Positions 28,089 to 39,700 of a DNA stretch of 64,000 nucleotides are shown piece after piece. The notes under the pieces were generated by a model. The model was given only the letters and a program-made list of their open reading frames with translations, searched no databases and was not told the origin of the DNA. Each line of letters starts with the position of its first letter. The first letter of the stretch is position 1. The stretch is from IMG/VR virus record IMGVR_UViG_3300027963_000040; one strand, given 5' to 3'. Origin of the DNA: a virus. The position numbers and the translations under genes are program-made.

Positions 28089-29696
28089 TTATGGAACTAT
28101 AGAAGTTCTGATGAATTTAGCAACAACATTTGCTGTAGATGGTGTTAGCTGTAATGCAATATTACCACCGTTAATAATAACGTCAAAAGTTCCAAGAGAA
28201 ACGATGTTGAACAGAGTCCCGTATTCAGTTAGGTAAGGAGTTGTTCCGTCGTGTATAATTGAAATTTTTGTGATGTGGTAATAAGGATTTGGCGTCACCG
28301 TAGAGTCCGAAAGCTGCACGGTGTATTCGTATGAACGATATGTGGATGCCGAGACGCTGTCTATATTAGCAGCTGCTGTGCTATTCGTGAATGTATAACT
28401 ATTTGCGAATTGATGACTGATACCGTTTAGTAACATTCTACCAGCCACAGCAACATTGGAAGATAATGTTGTCACACCAGCAACAGCCAAAGTATTTGAA
28501 AGCGTTGCGTTGCCTGTAACGACGATCGTGTTAGTAAACGTTGCGTTGCCCGTCACAGCTATTGTATTCGAAACAGTTATTGCCGAATTTACAGCAACTA
28601 CGGTTGTGTTTACCGTTAGTATTTGCGACCCACCTGCAGTTATTCCAAAAGTTGCTGTTGCAGGTCGATAAATTCCCGTGTCAGTGTTACTAGTGAACGT
28701 AATCGCAGGAGCTCCAGCAGTGCCAGCTGGAACGAAAACATTATTTGAAATTATTACATTATTAGGATAAGAATTTGAAACGTATATTGAGTTCCAATAC
28801 GCGGTCGTATTACCTAAACTGTAAACAGCATTTGACGAAGGAAGCAAAGAATTCGCGAAACTGGTCGTTCCAGTAACGATAAGATTTACTGTATTCGTGG
28901 TAGTTCCGTAAATGCTATTCGCATATACGACGGACCACCAACTGTTGGCATTACCGAGTTTGATAAAATTGTTTGAAAAAGGTATAATATCTCCACCACT
29001 AGTACCGGCATATGCTAGATTTCCGCCAATTGAAACGCTACCCTCAATTCTCAAATTACCAGCAATATTACTCGTCACTGCTCCAGAAACGTTCAGCTGG
29101 TTTACATTAGCAAGACCACCAATCAAAACAGAATTAGCAAAAGTTGTATTGCCGACAATCGTAGTATTTGTTGTGTTTGCTAATAGCGTATTGCCGTTAA
29201 TTGTAAGAACGGAAAACGAACCGTTTGCTTTTATTGCCGTATTACCGGTTATTGTAGCGATAGCATTAACGTTGAAGGAGGTAGAGGTTACATTTGTTAC
29301 AGATGAATTGACGTTCAGGTAATTACCACCAAGCGTAGTATTGCCGCCTGTCGGAACGATATAAACAGCATTAGACGTGATTACAACATTCGAAAACGTA
29401 GAGTTAGCGTTGAACGATACTAGATTTGATCCAACGTAAGTGAAAGCTGTATTTGTTATTAGATTGAGCGTATTACCGACAGCAAGAGTTCCTCCGGCAA
29501 TACCCGTATAAGCCACGAGAGTGTTCGCTCCGAAATAACCATTTACATAGCCATTACCGGTCGACAAAGAACCGGCAGTAGATGTGTCTATGGTAACTGC
29601 GTTTTGAGATGCGATACTAGCAAGAGTATTTGTTACGGTTATCCAAGTACCGAAGGTATCTGTATTCGATACGACGTTGGCTACTGCAATAGTCAT
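28089..29696 (-). CDS. Fibre-like virion structural protein
   Basis: TDTFGTW N-terminus, beta-repeat body, C-terminal IIHDGTTPYLTEYG domain. Confidence 0.72.
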   Translation of the reverse strand: MTIAVANVVSNTDTFGTWITVTNTLASIASQNAVTIDTSTAGSLSTGNGYVNGYFGANTLVAYTGIAGGTLAVGNTLNLITNTAFTYVGSNLVSFNANSTFSNVVITSNAVYIVPTGGNTTLGGNYLNVNSSVTNVTSTSFNVNAIATITGNTAIKANGSFSVLTINGNTLLANTTNTTIVGNTTFANSVLIGGLANVNQLNVSGAVTSNIAGNLRIEGSVSIGGNLAYAGTSGGDIIPFSNNFIKLGNANSWWSVVYANSIYGTTTNTVNLIVTGTTSFANSLLPSSNAVYSLGNTTAYWNSIYVSNSYPNNVIISNNVFVPAGTAGAPAITFTSNTDTGIYRPATATFGITAGGSQILTVNTTVVAVNSAITVSNTIAVTGNATFTNTIVVTGNATLSNTLAVAGVTTLSSNVAVAGRMLLNGISHQFANSYTFTNSTAAANIDSVSASTYRSYEYTVQLSDSTVTPNPYYHITKISIIHDGTTPYLTEYGTLFNIVSLGTFDVIINGGNIALQLTPSTANVVAKFIRTSIVP

Positions 29697-29699
29697 TTG

Positions 29700-29915
29700 T
29701 TACTTCTGCCCTATCAGTTGTCTCAGCAGAGATTTGATCTCTTCTATATCATTTTTCATTTGTTGATTTTCGTCGACGATCTTCTTTAGTTTCATTTTCT
29801 CTTCGCGTTCTTCTTTGTATTTATTTAACTCTTTTACATTAGTGTTGAGAATCGCATTGCTTTGTTTTTCTCTGATTAAATTTTTATTGTCTTTTACTTT
29901 TAAAAATTCCGTCAT
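29700..29915 (-). CDS. Small conserved hypothetical protein
   Basis: LIREKQSNAILNTN...MKNDIEEIKSLL coiled coil. Confidence 0.7.
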   Translation of the reverse strand: MTEFLKVKDNKNLIREKQSNAILNTNVKELNKYKEEREEKMKLKKIVDENQQMKNDIEEIKSLLRQLIGQK

Positions 29916-29916
29916 G

Positions 29917-32415
29917 TTAGACCTGCAGAGCCAAACATCTCATATCGGACATTTTGGGAACGATTTGATACGTGTCGGACACGAGAACGATTTTAACGGC
30001 AAACACTTTAAACGTATCAAACACGCCGTCTGCAGAAGTTATGTAACGCGCAATACTGTTATTGTTGGCGTATTTGAACGCTCCAGCCTGAGACTGCATA
30101 CCAGGAATCAAACCAACAGCGCAGTTAGAAGAAACGAACGAAAGGTTAGAAGCCAATACCATCGAAGTTGAATTTGCGATTTGATTTACCTTTCGTACGT
30201 TAATTTTTCCGGTTGTATTGTCTGTGATATAGATAAAATCACCAGCATTGAAAGGATCGGTTGATCCGACCGAAACATTAGCTGAAGTCGCGTTAACACT
30301 AGCCGAATTGGCGACGATCTGAACAGAAGTAGGAAGATCGTATACGAGTTCTACATAGTCTTCTTTGTTCACAAGACTGCTTATGAGAGCCGTACTTGTC
30401 GTTTCAACTAATGCAGACCAATCTTTAGCTTGAAATGTATCGCTGTCAGAACCAGCAAGGAATTTACCATACACTTTTAAATCAGTGCCTGGGGGTCTAT
30501 ATGCAGTTACGTAACAAACCAAATCTTCAGCATCTTGCTGTTCGGCTAGAATAACATTTTTTGAAATATAACGAGTCGCGCTCGAAGAAATATTGCCCGT
30601 CTCTCCGAATGTGGCGACAGCCGTTATGTTAGCCGTAATAGCCTGCGTGGCGTTATAAATGCTGGTGTTTGAGATATTGAAAGTCGAGATCGAAGAAACA
30701 TTTGATGACACTACGTTTGTAACGTGCAGTATAGATGAGTTACTGAAGAATACAGTACCGTTGGACGTAACGGTAGAATTAGCCTGTTGAACGGCATCGC
30801 CAATTGCGAAATTACCAGCAGAGTTGCTGTAAGATATGACGAAACCGTTTATTGAAGTATTCGGATAAACAAGATTATGTGTGGTCGTTACAGAGTTTCT
30901 GATTGTGTCAATGTACGGAGTGATTTTTGTATTCGATGTTTGAAGAGTCGCTGTTACAGTTAGAGAACTGTTTCCTACACCAGCTGATGGCGGATTAGCG
31001 AATTCGCTACTTCTTGACATAATTATTCTAGTTTTATCTATGAAATCATATGGAATTTCGTTGGCGATTGAATAGCTCGCGCTATCGCTTGTTCTTCCGG
31101 TATTATTACCTGTGCCAGAAAAATTCCAATATGTTGCTGTCATATTAGGCTCAACATCTGGAATCGTAGTCGTGATACCTTCATACATCAAATCGTAAAC
31201 GTCGCTAATTACAACGGAAGCTCCAGAAGTTCTACCTATCAACAGAGCGCCTTGACAATTAGCAAAATTAGACGTTGCATTAACAGCGACCGAAGTCATT
31301 GTTAAAAACATATTGTCCCCACCAGTTATGCTTGAAAAGTTACCGGTAAGATTGGCATCATTTTTTACTCTACCAATGATAGCTGCAGGATCAGTAAACT
31401 TTAAAGCTCCAGAAAGAGTTAGCGTTCTAGAAGCAGCCGAAGCGCTGTTAACTTGTAAAATCTGAAAGTTAGTTTTTGCGCTCGTACCAACGTAGATAAA
31501 ATTGCCTACGGCGAAATCTGTTGTCAAAGAAGTGTTTGCGTCGGGAACTGTTATTACGTTACAAGCTGAGGTTGTTGCAACGTTTGCGTAAACAGCAGAA
31601 GGAGCGGTTGTTATAGTATTAGATGTAGCCCCTCTCAGACCGCTAACGGCATCAAAAGATCCGTAAGTATTGCTCAATAATACTTTGGTGTTGCTTGCGT
31701 AATAAACAGTACCATACGCGGTGGATTGCGCGAGGTTCGCTGTTGAAGTTCCCAGAGGTTGGAATACCATTTCGCCGTTCGCAAAGGTATTGGAACCGGA
31801 GATTGTAAGAGATGTATTACGCATATAGTTGTTTGAGACTACCAGCTTCTCTTGTTTTAAAAAATCACCAATTTTATCAGTTACAACCAGGTGATCCGTC
31901 AACGCATTATTAAACACCGCTGTCGCCGAAGAAGAAGTAAAATTAGCGATATATGCGGTGTACTTTAAACTTTCGTTTTGCGCTGGAGTGAAATTTAAAT
32001 CGTTTGAAGAGATAAACAGAGAACCAAGTTGATTGTTGTTGGTGATAGGAACGTTCGAAGATACGTCAGTTCCTCCGAGAGCACCAACCCAAATTTGATA
32101 TTTTGAATCATTGGCAACTGGAGCAACAATAATCGCGTACTGCTCATTCGTTCTCAACATTACTGGAGTATCAAATTCAAATGTCGTCGCACGAGATGCG
32201 TCCGCGCTTGTAGTCACTGCCGATGATTCGATAGTCTTTGATCCATATGGAACCACTATGTTTGTCGGAACACCATTATTCGTTTCTCTAATCTGAACTT
32301 CAACTCCAAAAATAGTCGATTTTTGCTGAAAATAAAGATCAAGCTTTGTTAGAAAAACTGCTTCGACGCCAGTAGAAGGCTCATTAATGATGAATGTTTG
32401 TGCAATTGGTTTCAT
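29917..32415 (-). CDS. Large virion structural protein (C-terminal partner of the DUF4815/VrlC-like protein)
   Basis: PIAQTF...FLTKLDLYF, GSLFISSN and FKVFAVKIVL...PKMSDMRCLAL motifs. Confidence 0.75.
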   Translation of the reverse strand: MKPIAQTFIINEPSTGVEAVFLTKLDLYFQQKSTIFGVEVQIRETNNGVPTNIVVPYGSKTIESSAVTTSADASRATTFEFDTPVMLRTNEQYAIIVAPVANDSKYQIWVGALGGTDVSSNVPITNNNQLGSLFISSNDLNFTPAQNESLKYTAYIANFTSSSATAVFNNALTDHLVVTDKIGDFLKQEKLVVSNNYMRNTSLTISGSNTFANGEMVFQPLGTSTANLAQSTAYGTVYYASNTKVLLSNTYGSFDAVSGLRGATSNTITTAPSAVYANVATTSACNVITVPDANTSLTTDFAVGNFIYVGTSAKTNFQILQVNSASAASRTLTLSGALKFTDPAAIIGRVKNDANLTGNFSSITGGDNMFLTMTSVAVNATSNFANCQGALLIGRTSGASVVISDVYDLMYEGITTTIPDVEPNMTATYWNFSGTGNNTGRTSDSASYSIANEIPYDFIDKTRIIMSRSSEFANPPSAGVGNSSLTVTATLQTSNTKITPYIDTIRNSVTTTHNLVYPNTSINGFVISYSNSAGNFAIGDAVQQANSTVTSNGTVFFSNSSILHVTNVVSSNVSSISTFNISNTSIYNATQAITANITAVATFGETGNISSSATRYISKNVILAEQQDAEDLVCYVTAYRPPGTDLKVYGKFLAGSDSDTFQAKDWSALVETTSTALISSLVNKEDYVELVYDLPTSVQIVANSASVNATSANVSVGSTDPFNAGDFIYITDNTTGKINVRKVNQIANSTSMVLASNLSFVSSNCAVGLIPGMQSQAGAFKYANNNSIARYITSADGVFDTFKVFAVKIVLVSDTYQIVPKMSDMRCLALQV

Positions 32416-32427
32416 TTACTTCCTACT

Positions 32428-35400
32428 TTATCTTCTTGGTGGTCCGAAGCCTTGACTGATCTGTGAGATATTTGGTGGTTCATTTTCAGGTGGGCAATGC
32501 GGATTTGGAATGCTTGTATCAAAATACTGCCAAGTGTCAGTCATCACTTGATTTTGATAAACAGTTCTCGTTTGTTTTTCTTCTTCTATATTTATCGTTC
32601 CAGATCTCACCTGTAGATTTGTTTTGCTTTTTTGGACAGATAAAGCAGAACAGAATAGCTTGGTTGAACATTGAGTTTCAACTGCGCCTTCGCCTACGGT
32701 TAGATTACTAATGTCAGTAATGCGGAATTCAAGTTCGCCTTGTTTGAACAATCCAGCTGGGATAGCCAGAATACCATAGGCATTACCTGATGCATTGCTG
32801 TATAAAGCTTTACCCCAATCTGTAATACCAGCGTACTGGAAATTACCAGAAGCTTTAGAAATATAAACTAAATTTCCTGCGTCAGTGAAATTATTACCAC
32901 CGGAAGGAACTAAAGCTCCGGAGTAAGGAGCAAGAGGAAGAACGTCTTGATCAAGAGCAATTCCGTCTAGAAAGACGTGCAGCCTTGTATTCGGTTTCAT
33001 ACCTCTCGCGTAGAAAAAAATCTGCCTAGCTGGAACAAACTTCTGAACCGATACATCCGTAACATAATTTCCGATTTCTACATTTGTATCAGAAACGGCT
33101 GTGCTAAATCTTTTGTTGATCTGTTGCTGTTGTTTAGAAAGAGTTGTTGTAACATTAGTTTGCCAAGTTTGAAGCTGACCAGCTGCATAGTTACCACCGC
33201 TATTTCCGATTTGATTGTCACTAGATTGTTGACCAACAAATTGCGCTGACCCATAATCAGTCCAGTTACCGTATTGCGTTCCAAACATAGAGTTTAGAGA
33301 ATTTGTAGCGTTAATAAAGTTAGACGACAAATCTAGATTACTATTGATCACCGGACCTTGTGTGATATCCGAGTCAAGAATACCAGGGGGATCAAGAACA
33401 ACTGTGCCGCGATACGTATATTCACCTTGTGTGCATTTTAAATATTTCGAAGCGAAAGGCTGTTGTTGAATTATGTTGTTTGAAGTATGAGGAAGCATTA
33501 CGACATAACCCTTTATAACCGCAGTAGAAGCGGAAGGATTAAATTTCATACCAATAGTCTGCTGACGGAAATAAGGTCTAGCCTCAGATTTAGTTTCATC
33601 AATCGCGATCATATAATTAGGATCGTTTGTATTACCGATTGAATGGTTCTTAAACGGATCAACAAGGATACCATTTTTAAAACGATTCTGACCTGTATCG
33701 CCGCTACGAACAAGAAGCGAAGATGTTGCTTGTTCAAGCAGAGATAAAGAGGTGTAGTATTCTAGTCTGTCAATACGCGTATTGATTTTATTGATATCAG
33801 CCATCGTATAACGTTTTGTTTGTAGAATGCTGGTCTGAACAGCATAATCATAACGATTATATGTCTTGGCTTCTGCTGGAGTTAGCGAAGGATAAGGTGC
33901 AACAGTAGCAATACCAATGGTCATCGATCCAGGAAGTTCCGGAGGCGGTGCCGGGTTGATTGCTGGCGTTCCCTCGGTTACGAGAATCTCACCGGAAGTT
34001 GCTAAGGAGATTCTATCTTTTCTTGGGAGATAATATTGAATTGTTGACTGGTAGTTTGTTCCCGGAGTTGGTAGATACGAACCATTCGCGCCATAAGAAT
34101 AAAGAGTCAAAGTGCCCGAAGGATTGATCGTAGCAGACCCAACAGAAGAAGCGTTCGCGACTGCCGTATTAACAGCGTAAGGGCGGAAATCGACGCTATC
34201 TCTCAGATCAAACAAAGAACCGATTGTTGAAGTGTACTGAGGAATCTGATAAGTTTGAATAGCCGAAGTATTTGATGTGTTTGCATCATCGACAGGGTAA
34301 GAAGCTGCGTTGAAGAAACCTACACCCTGAGAAGGGGACGCAACAAAATTATCTACAGAAACAAGTAGCGTTGCGTTTGGAGCAATTGGAGCTGTTGTTG
34401 TAAGATAAGCAAACCCATAATAACTATCTCTTTGACCATTATCGATTCTGAAAGATGTAACTCTATCCGGATTTGATGTCGAATACGTTCCGCCGCTGTT
34501 ATCAACGTAAACAGAATTCAATTTTAGAACATCAGGGATACCAAGGCACCAAGGACCAGTTGTTCCTCCGGAGTTTGTATTAGCCTGGATTTTTACGTAA
34601 GTCGATTTATTGATAATTTTGTCAATAGGTTTAGTGCCAGAACGAAGAATATCAAAGTAAACAGATGCATCGAAGTTAGCATTGGCTGTTTCACCAAGAG
34701 CGATGTTTGCTGTCGTTGTTGAAGTAATATTGATTGTTCTGGTTGAAGTCTGAAAGTTTAAAGGAGATCCAGCTGGCCAAGTCTTTTGATGATTAAGACC
34801 TGAAGAAACAAAAACGAATGCCGAATCAACAACCATAGACGTATTGTTAGAAATCGACTTGATAAGTTTCGTTGCTGTATTACAATACAAATAATCACCC
34901 ACACCGTAATCGGTCAAGAACGTAGTAGAAGAACCAACGACGTTTGGAGAAGAATTACTTACAGAAACCGTTCCAGTTTTGTTATTACTATAGCCAGTTG
35001 TTACAGGAATTACAATGAACGTATTTTCTGCAGACTCTGTCAGATATCCTGTTCCGTAATTAAATGTTTCTGTTCCCGATCCAACCGCAGAAGCTAGAGT
35101 AAGAGATAGAGAACCACTTGTCGCTAGGAATGTAGCGTTTGCTCTGTTTCTGTAAGCATACTGAGCTGTCGAAGAAAACCCTTCGCGGCGAATAGCTTTT
35201 TGTCCAAAAGGAAATATCGCTGTTTCACCAGCAGATTCTTGAATCTTAGCAATAAAATTTCCGTTGAAATTTTTATCTAGAATGATATCAGCTACTGCCT
35301 TTAAGCTTCCATTATAGTAGATAACGCTTCTAACATCATCAATTTTCTGACCAGCAGACATAGAGATATTGAAAACATAAAGGGAGTATTCAGCGTCGAC

Positions 35401-36720
35401 TCCAGGCACACCAGAGTAATATTCAACGCCTCGTACGTAAGCTGTACCAATTTTTGTAGAGGAAGAATAAGATGTACTTAGAAACGTCTTTCCGGCTATG
35501 GCTGTTTTTGCGACGCTGTGTAATTCGACTTGCGCAAGTTGATCATTATTGAAATCGCCAACAAACTGATTTACATTAAAGTAATATCCGAAATTGGAAG
35601 TGACAAGCTGATTTGTTAGTGTTACATAATCAGTTGCTTTACGTAGGTCGGCTGCATTGTTGTTGATAAACTCTACTCGATAACCCTTGACGTAACCAAT
35701 ACCTGGAGAAGAAATAATACTGAGATAAGTTGAATTAGCCGTGTTCTCTGTGTAGTTGTATTTTTTGTCAGTGCTCAGAAGAAACGGATTTACAATATAG
35801 TCACCGTTCGTTTCAAACGTGCGGCGAGCTGTATCTTTTGCTATAGCAGCATATTGAGGATCATTCTTAATTGAAACTGGCAAACCATTCTTAAAATCAC
35901 AAAGCGAAAAGAAAGTTGCCGTATTAGATACAGAGTTTGATGCTCTTGAAACCAACATAGGGACGAGCTTTAAACGATGAGCTCCGGGAGCGTCGTAGTT
36001 TGGAGAGCCAGCAGCATTATCAAGAAGCGATGTGTCAATTTCCGGTGTAACGATTTCCTCATCAGCTTCAAATCCGACAGAAACCCCATCAGGTATATTA
36101 TTGTATCTGTTAACAACCAAAGTTTGAGGTTCGACGCGAATGAAAAATCCTTTTTTGAAGATTACACCCTCGGTTGTAGTGAAGGCATAACCTTTACCAG
36201 TTGAATTTGTAACAGTCGCTACAACTACATTACCAACATTAACAGCGGAGTCAGTTTTGATCTGAACAGTCTCATTGTTGGCGAATACGGTTTGCTGAAA
36301 TCCATTCGCATACGTTGATGAATTCAAATATTTAAGATAAAGCGTATTCAGATTAGGATTTTCTGATTCGTAACCACTCAGAGCGTTTACAACGCGAGCT
36401 TGAAGACCGTTTGTGTTAATTGCAATTTTACCGACGAAATCGTTAATGTTAGAAATAGCGGAGTTGTTTGCATAGTTGTCTTTGATTTTTACGTAATTGT
36501 AAGAATTGTCGAATGTGAACGCGCAACCTTCAACGACAGAACCTTCTTTGAAAATATGACGACCGAACTTGTCAATCTGATCTTGTAGAATAGTCTGCAT
36601 CTGATTGAGTTCGCGTGCCTGAACAGCCGAAGCTGGACGATAAAGTACGCGGTAAAAATTCTTTTTTACGTCGTAATCGTCGAAGTAAGGCTTGCGCGAA
36701 AGATCTGTGTCTAGTTCCAT
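32428..36720 (-). CDS. DUF4815/VrlC-like large virion protein
   Basis: PYFDDY...FYRVLYRP...VQARELNQMQTILQDQI, APGAHRLK, RLEYYTSLSLLE and RFKNGILVDPF motifs. Confidence 0.85.
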   Translation of the reverse strand: MELDTDLSRKPYFDDYDVKKNFYRVLYRPASAVQARELNQMQTILQDQIDKFGRHIFKEGSVVEGCAFTFDNSYNYVKIKDNYANNSAISNINDFVGKIAINTNGLQARVVNALSGYESENPNLNTLYLKYLNSSTYANGFQQTVFANNETVQIKTDSAVNVGNVVVATVTNSTGKGYAFTTTEGVIFKKGFFIRVEPQTLVVNRYNNIPDGVSVGFEADEEIVTPEIDTSLLDNAAGSPNYDAPGAHRLKLVPMLVSRASNSVSNTATFFSLCDFKNGLPVSIKNDPQYAAIAKDTARRTFETNGDYIVNPFLLSTDKKYNYTENTANSTYLSIISSPGIGYVKGYRVEFINNNAADLRKATDYVTLTNQLVTSNFGYYFNVNQFVGDFNNDQLAQVELHSVAKTAIAGKTFLSTSYSSSTKIGTAYVRGVEYYSGVPGVDAEYSLYVFNISMSAGQKIDDVRSVIYYNGSLKAVADIILDKNFNGNFIAKIQESAGETAIFPFGQKAIRREGFSSTAQYAYRNRANATFLATSGSLSLTLASAVGSGTETFNYGTGYLTESAENTFIVIPVTTGYSNNKTGTVSVSNSSPNVVGSSTTFLTDYGVGDYLYCNTATKLIKSISNNTSMVVDSAFVFVSSGLNHQKTWPAGSPLNFQTSTRTINITSTTTANIALGETANANFDASVYFDILRSGTKPIDKIINKSTYVKIQANTNSGGTTGPWCLGIPDVLKLNSVYVDNSGGTYSTSNPDRVTSFRIDNGQRDSYYGFAYLTTTAPIAPNATLLVSVDNFVASPSQGVGFFNAASYPVDDANTSNTSAIQTYQIPQYTSTIGSLFDLRDSVDFRPYAVNTAVANASSVGSATINPSGTLTLYSYGANGSYLPTPGTNYQSTIQYYLPRKDRISLATSGEILVTEGTPAINPAPPPELPGSMTIGIATVAPYPSLTPAEAKTYNRYDYAVQTSILQTKRYTMADINKINTRIDRLEYYTSLSLLEQATSSLLVRSGDTGQNRFKNGILVDPFKNHSIGNTNDPNYMIAIDETKSEARPYFRQQTIGMKFNPSASTAVIKGYVVMLPHTSNNIIQQQPFASKYLKCTQGEYTYRGTVVLDPPGILDSDITQGPVINSNLDLSSNFINATNSLNSMFGTQYGNWTDYGSAQFVGQQSSDNQIGNSGGNYAAGQLQTWQTNVTTTLSKQQQQINKRFSTAVSDTNVEIGNYVTDVSVQKFVPARQIFFYARGMKPNTRLHVFLDGIALDQDVLPLAPYSGALVPSGGNNFTDAGNLVYISKASGNFQYAGITDWGKALYSNASGNAYGILAIPAGLFKQGELEFRITDISNLTVGEGAVETQCSTKLFCSALSVQKSKTNLQVRSGTINIEEEKQTRTVYQNQVMTDTWQYFDTSIPNPHCPPENEPPNISQISQGFGPPRR

Positions 36721-36734
36721 TCTATCCTCTTAAA

Positions 36735-39700
36735 CTAAAATTTAATAACAATACGTATTTCTTCTTTGGAAGTCGCCGAACGAGTAACTGGCGTGAAACT
36801 TTCAGTATAAATCATTTTTCCAGAATCTCTAACTAGATCTGGGTTTGTAATCAGTAAGTAATTATTGCAAGTGCCAGCAGCGCCCGAAGTTTGTCCGTTA
36901 ATAGCGTTCGAACCAGCCTGAAAATTATTTACGTCAGATACATCATTCAATACGAGTACTGGATACACCCCAGTAACGTTTGCTGTTGCAGCAACTCCAT
37001 TATTTATAGTGCGACCCGAGCCGAATGACAGGTTTGCGCTTACAGAAGTCAATTTTAAGTAAGTCGAATTCGCAAAAGTGCAAATACCGTTAGCGTTGGT
37101 TGTCGTGTCCGTGACTGTTTGACCGATCGTAAAAGCACCGCTGATTATTGAAATAGACAGATCTTTTTCGTCGGTCGCTGAAACGATTCTACCACTAGCC
37201 ATCGAAATATCTTGCTGAACATACTCGTTTTTAGAGAACGCGCCAGTATTCGCAGTGAGAGTTACTCTCGCAGTTTGATTGAAACGATTACCGAAATTCG
37301 AAGATACATCGATAGTTCCGTTTGAAGCGTAGATACTAGAAACCGTAGCGTAAGCATTTACGATGGCGTCGTACATAACATCGCCAGTAGCAAACTGACC
37401 AACAACGTTGCTCATGAAGTATACAGTATTGCTTATTACTGAAGTGATTACACCAACAGAGCCTGAATTCGATTGCGTAATGATCTCAGCCGAGTTTCCG
37501 ACAGGGAAGTAGATTGTATTAGCGGTAACAACATTTGACGTTGTGTTCGAATAATAACCTTGAACTGTGTTAGAAATATTGAACGTTCCCTTTACATTCT
37601 TTAATTGAAGGAACGTAGAGTTACCATATACAACAATTCCTGCAGCATTTGTACTTGACTGTAAAGCGACCTCGCCATTCGCCCAAGTTCCAGAAGTGCT
37701 GTTTAAAGTCAAATTAACACGATCAAAATCGGTAAGAGTTATTTTAATGTCTCTGAATTGTGGATTTTGTAAGATACCTACTTTTCTGTAAGAACCATAG
37801 CCAAGGATCTTATAGCTCTCGTTTGTAATTGTGTCAAACTTAGCGTCAACCCCAACGTATCTTCCGCCTAGTTCGGTTACAGAATCGTATCCATGCCCGT
37901 ACAATGGAGAGATAATTGCTCTGGCTTTAGCTCCGATACCGTAGTTTGTGTTGGCGTAAATTGAAACGTTAGCTTGAGTGTATCCGGTGCCTGGATTTAC
38001 AATGTTAATACCAACAACGTCGTAGCTAGAATTAGCTGCAGTGTTGACAACAGCAATAGCAATGGCATTCGAACCATCTCCAGTTATGCTTACGGTCGGT
38101 CCGATCTGATATTCGGTCTGATCGTTCGGGAGGTTTAATTGAGAGACTAGAGTCGCATTACCACTCGACGCGCTGTTCGCTGTCGTTTTAAAAAATACTG
38201 GGTAACCGAGTTTAAACGTTCCGTTGGGCTTGTTGATTGTAATATTCGGATTACTTTGCACAGACACAATCTGCGAAAGCTGTAGCGAAGATTCTCCATT
38301 TACGTAAAATTGAGTTCCTCCGCTGTTAGCCTGCCAGGATCCCGATACGCTCGATAAGATTACAGTCGAAGAGTTTGAATACGCGATAATTGCATTTGCG
38401 CCTTGGTTAACAAGACCGGAATTGGTCATATTAACTTTCTCACCCACGGAGAAATACACTCCAGCAATAGAAGAATTTGTAATAGAAACCTGCACAGAAG
38501 TTAGGTTAGTGTTCGAAACGTACCCATTCGTTCTTTTAATTACAATAGATGCAGGCTGCGCCGCTACATTCATTTTATAGTGAGAATTGTTAGAGGCTGT
38601 AAAGGAAACACCAAAAGGTAGATCTGTAATCAAAACAGTGGTGTTTACGTTGTTTGCAACCCTACGAATATTACTTACTGTATTAGCACCAACTCGAATA
38701 TATTCTCCGTTCGCATAACCATTAGCTGAATCATTCAGCTGAGTTCCGTATCCGCGAACAATCTGATTGTCACAATACATAATAGCTGTAGCGGTCTGAC
38801 CTTGAAGAGTATGCCCAGTTGAACCTACACCTTTGGTTAAAGCTATGCGGGAACCTGTTGCAGTTGCTTTTAGAGCAACAACAGTTGAGTTTGCAAATTC
38901 AATATAATAAGTTGTACCAGATGTAAGACCGGCTATTGCCGTATTACCAGCAGAAACTGTATAGGTAATTAGATCGTTGGCAGTATAAAAAGCTGTGGCA
39001 GAAGCTACGTTTGCGACCAAATAAGTTACGGTCGTATTACCAGTAGCTGTTCCACCGGTTGAGTTAGTGATAGCTATATTTGATACTGGAATAGTTCCAG
39101 ATAAATCAAAACCTACTCCAGTATTCGCGATTGTAAACGCGAGACTACCACCTGTTGAGTTTGTCGTAAAAGTGACAGTGGCATTGGTTGTTGCCGATTT
39201 AACTGTTATGATATCATTATTGTTATACCCAAGAGCGATTCCTCCAGACAAAGAAATATTGTCTAAACGAGTAAGATTAATAACGTTATTTGAACCACCA
39301 CCAGTTCCAGCAGTGACCGCAGTGTTAGAGTTGAATGTCTGAGCAGCAGGAGCGGATATTGTAAGAGTTGGAGCTACGAAATAAGAATTACCCACAGCTG
39401 TAATATTGATAGCTGAAATCTTACCACTAGCATTAGCCTGAGCATTAGCAGTTGCTCCGGATCCAGTTCCATTGGCTGTGATTGTTACTGTAGCGTTAGC
39501 TGTATAACCGGAACCAGCAGTTGTAACAAAAGCAATATTACAAGATCCAACGTTACCGACAGAGACGTTTCCGGTCTTTAAGGTTCCTGAGTACGCTGCG
39601 TCAACGATTGGAAACCCATTCTGGAAAAGTGTGTTCGCTGCATATCTTGTTATCTGCACGACAGAACTATTGGTTGCTAATACCTTACCAGAAACGCCGG

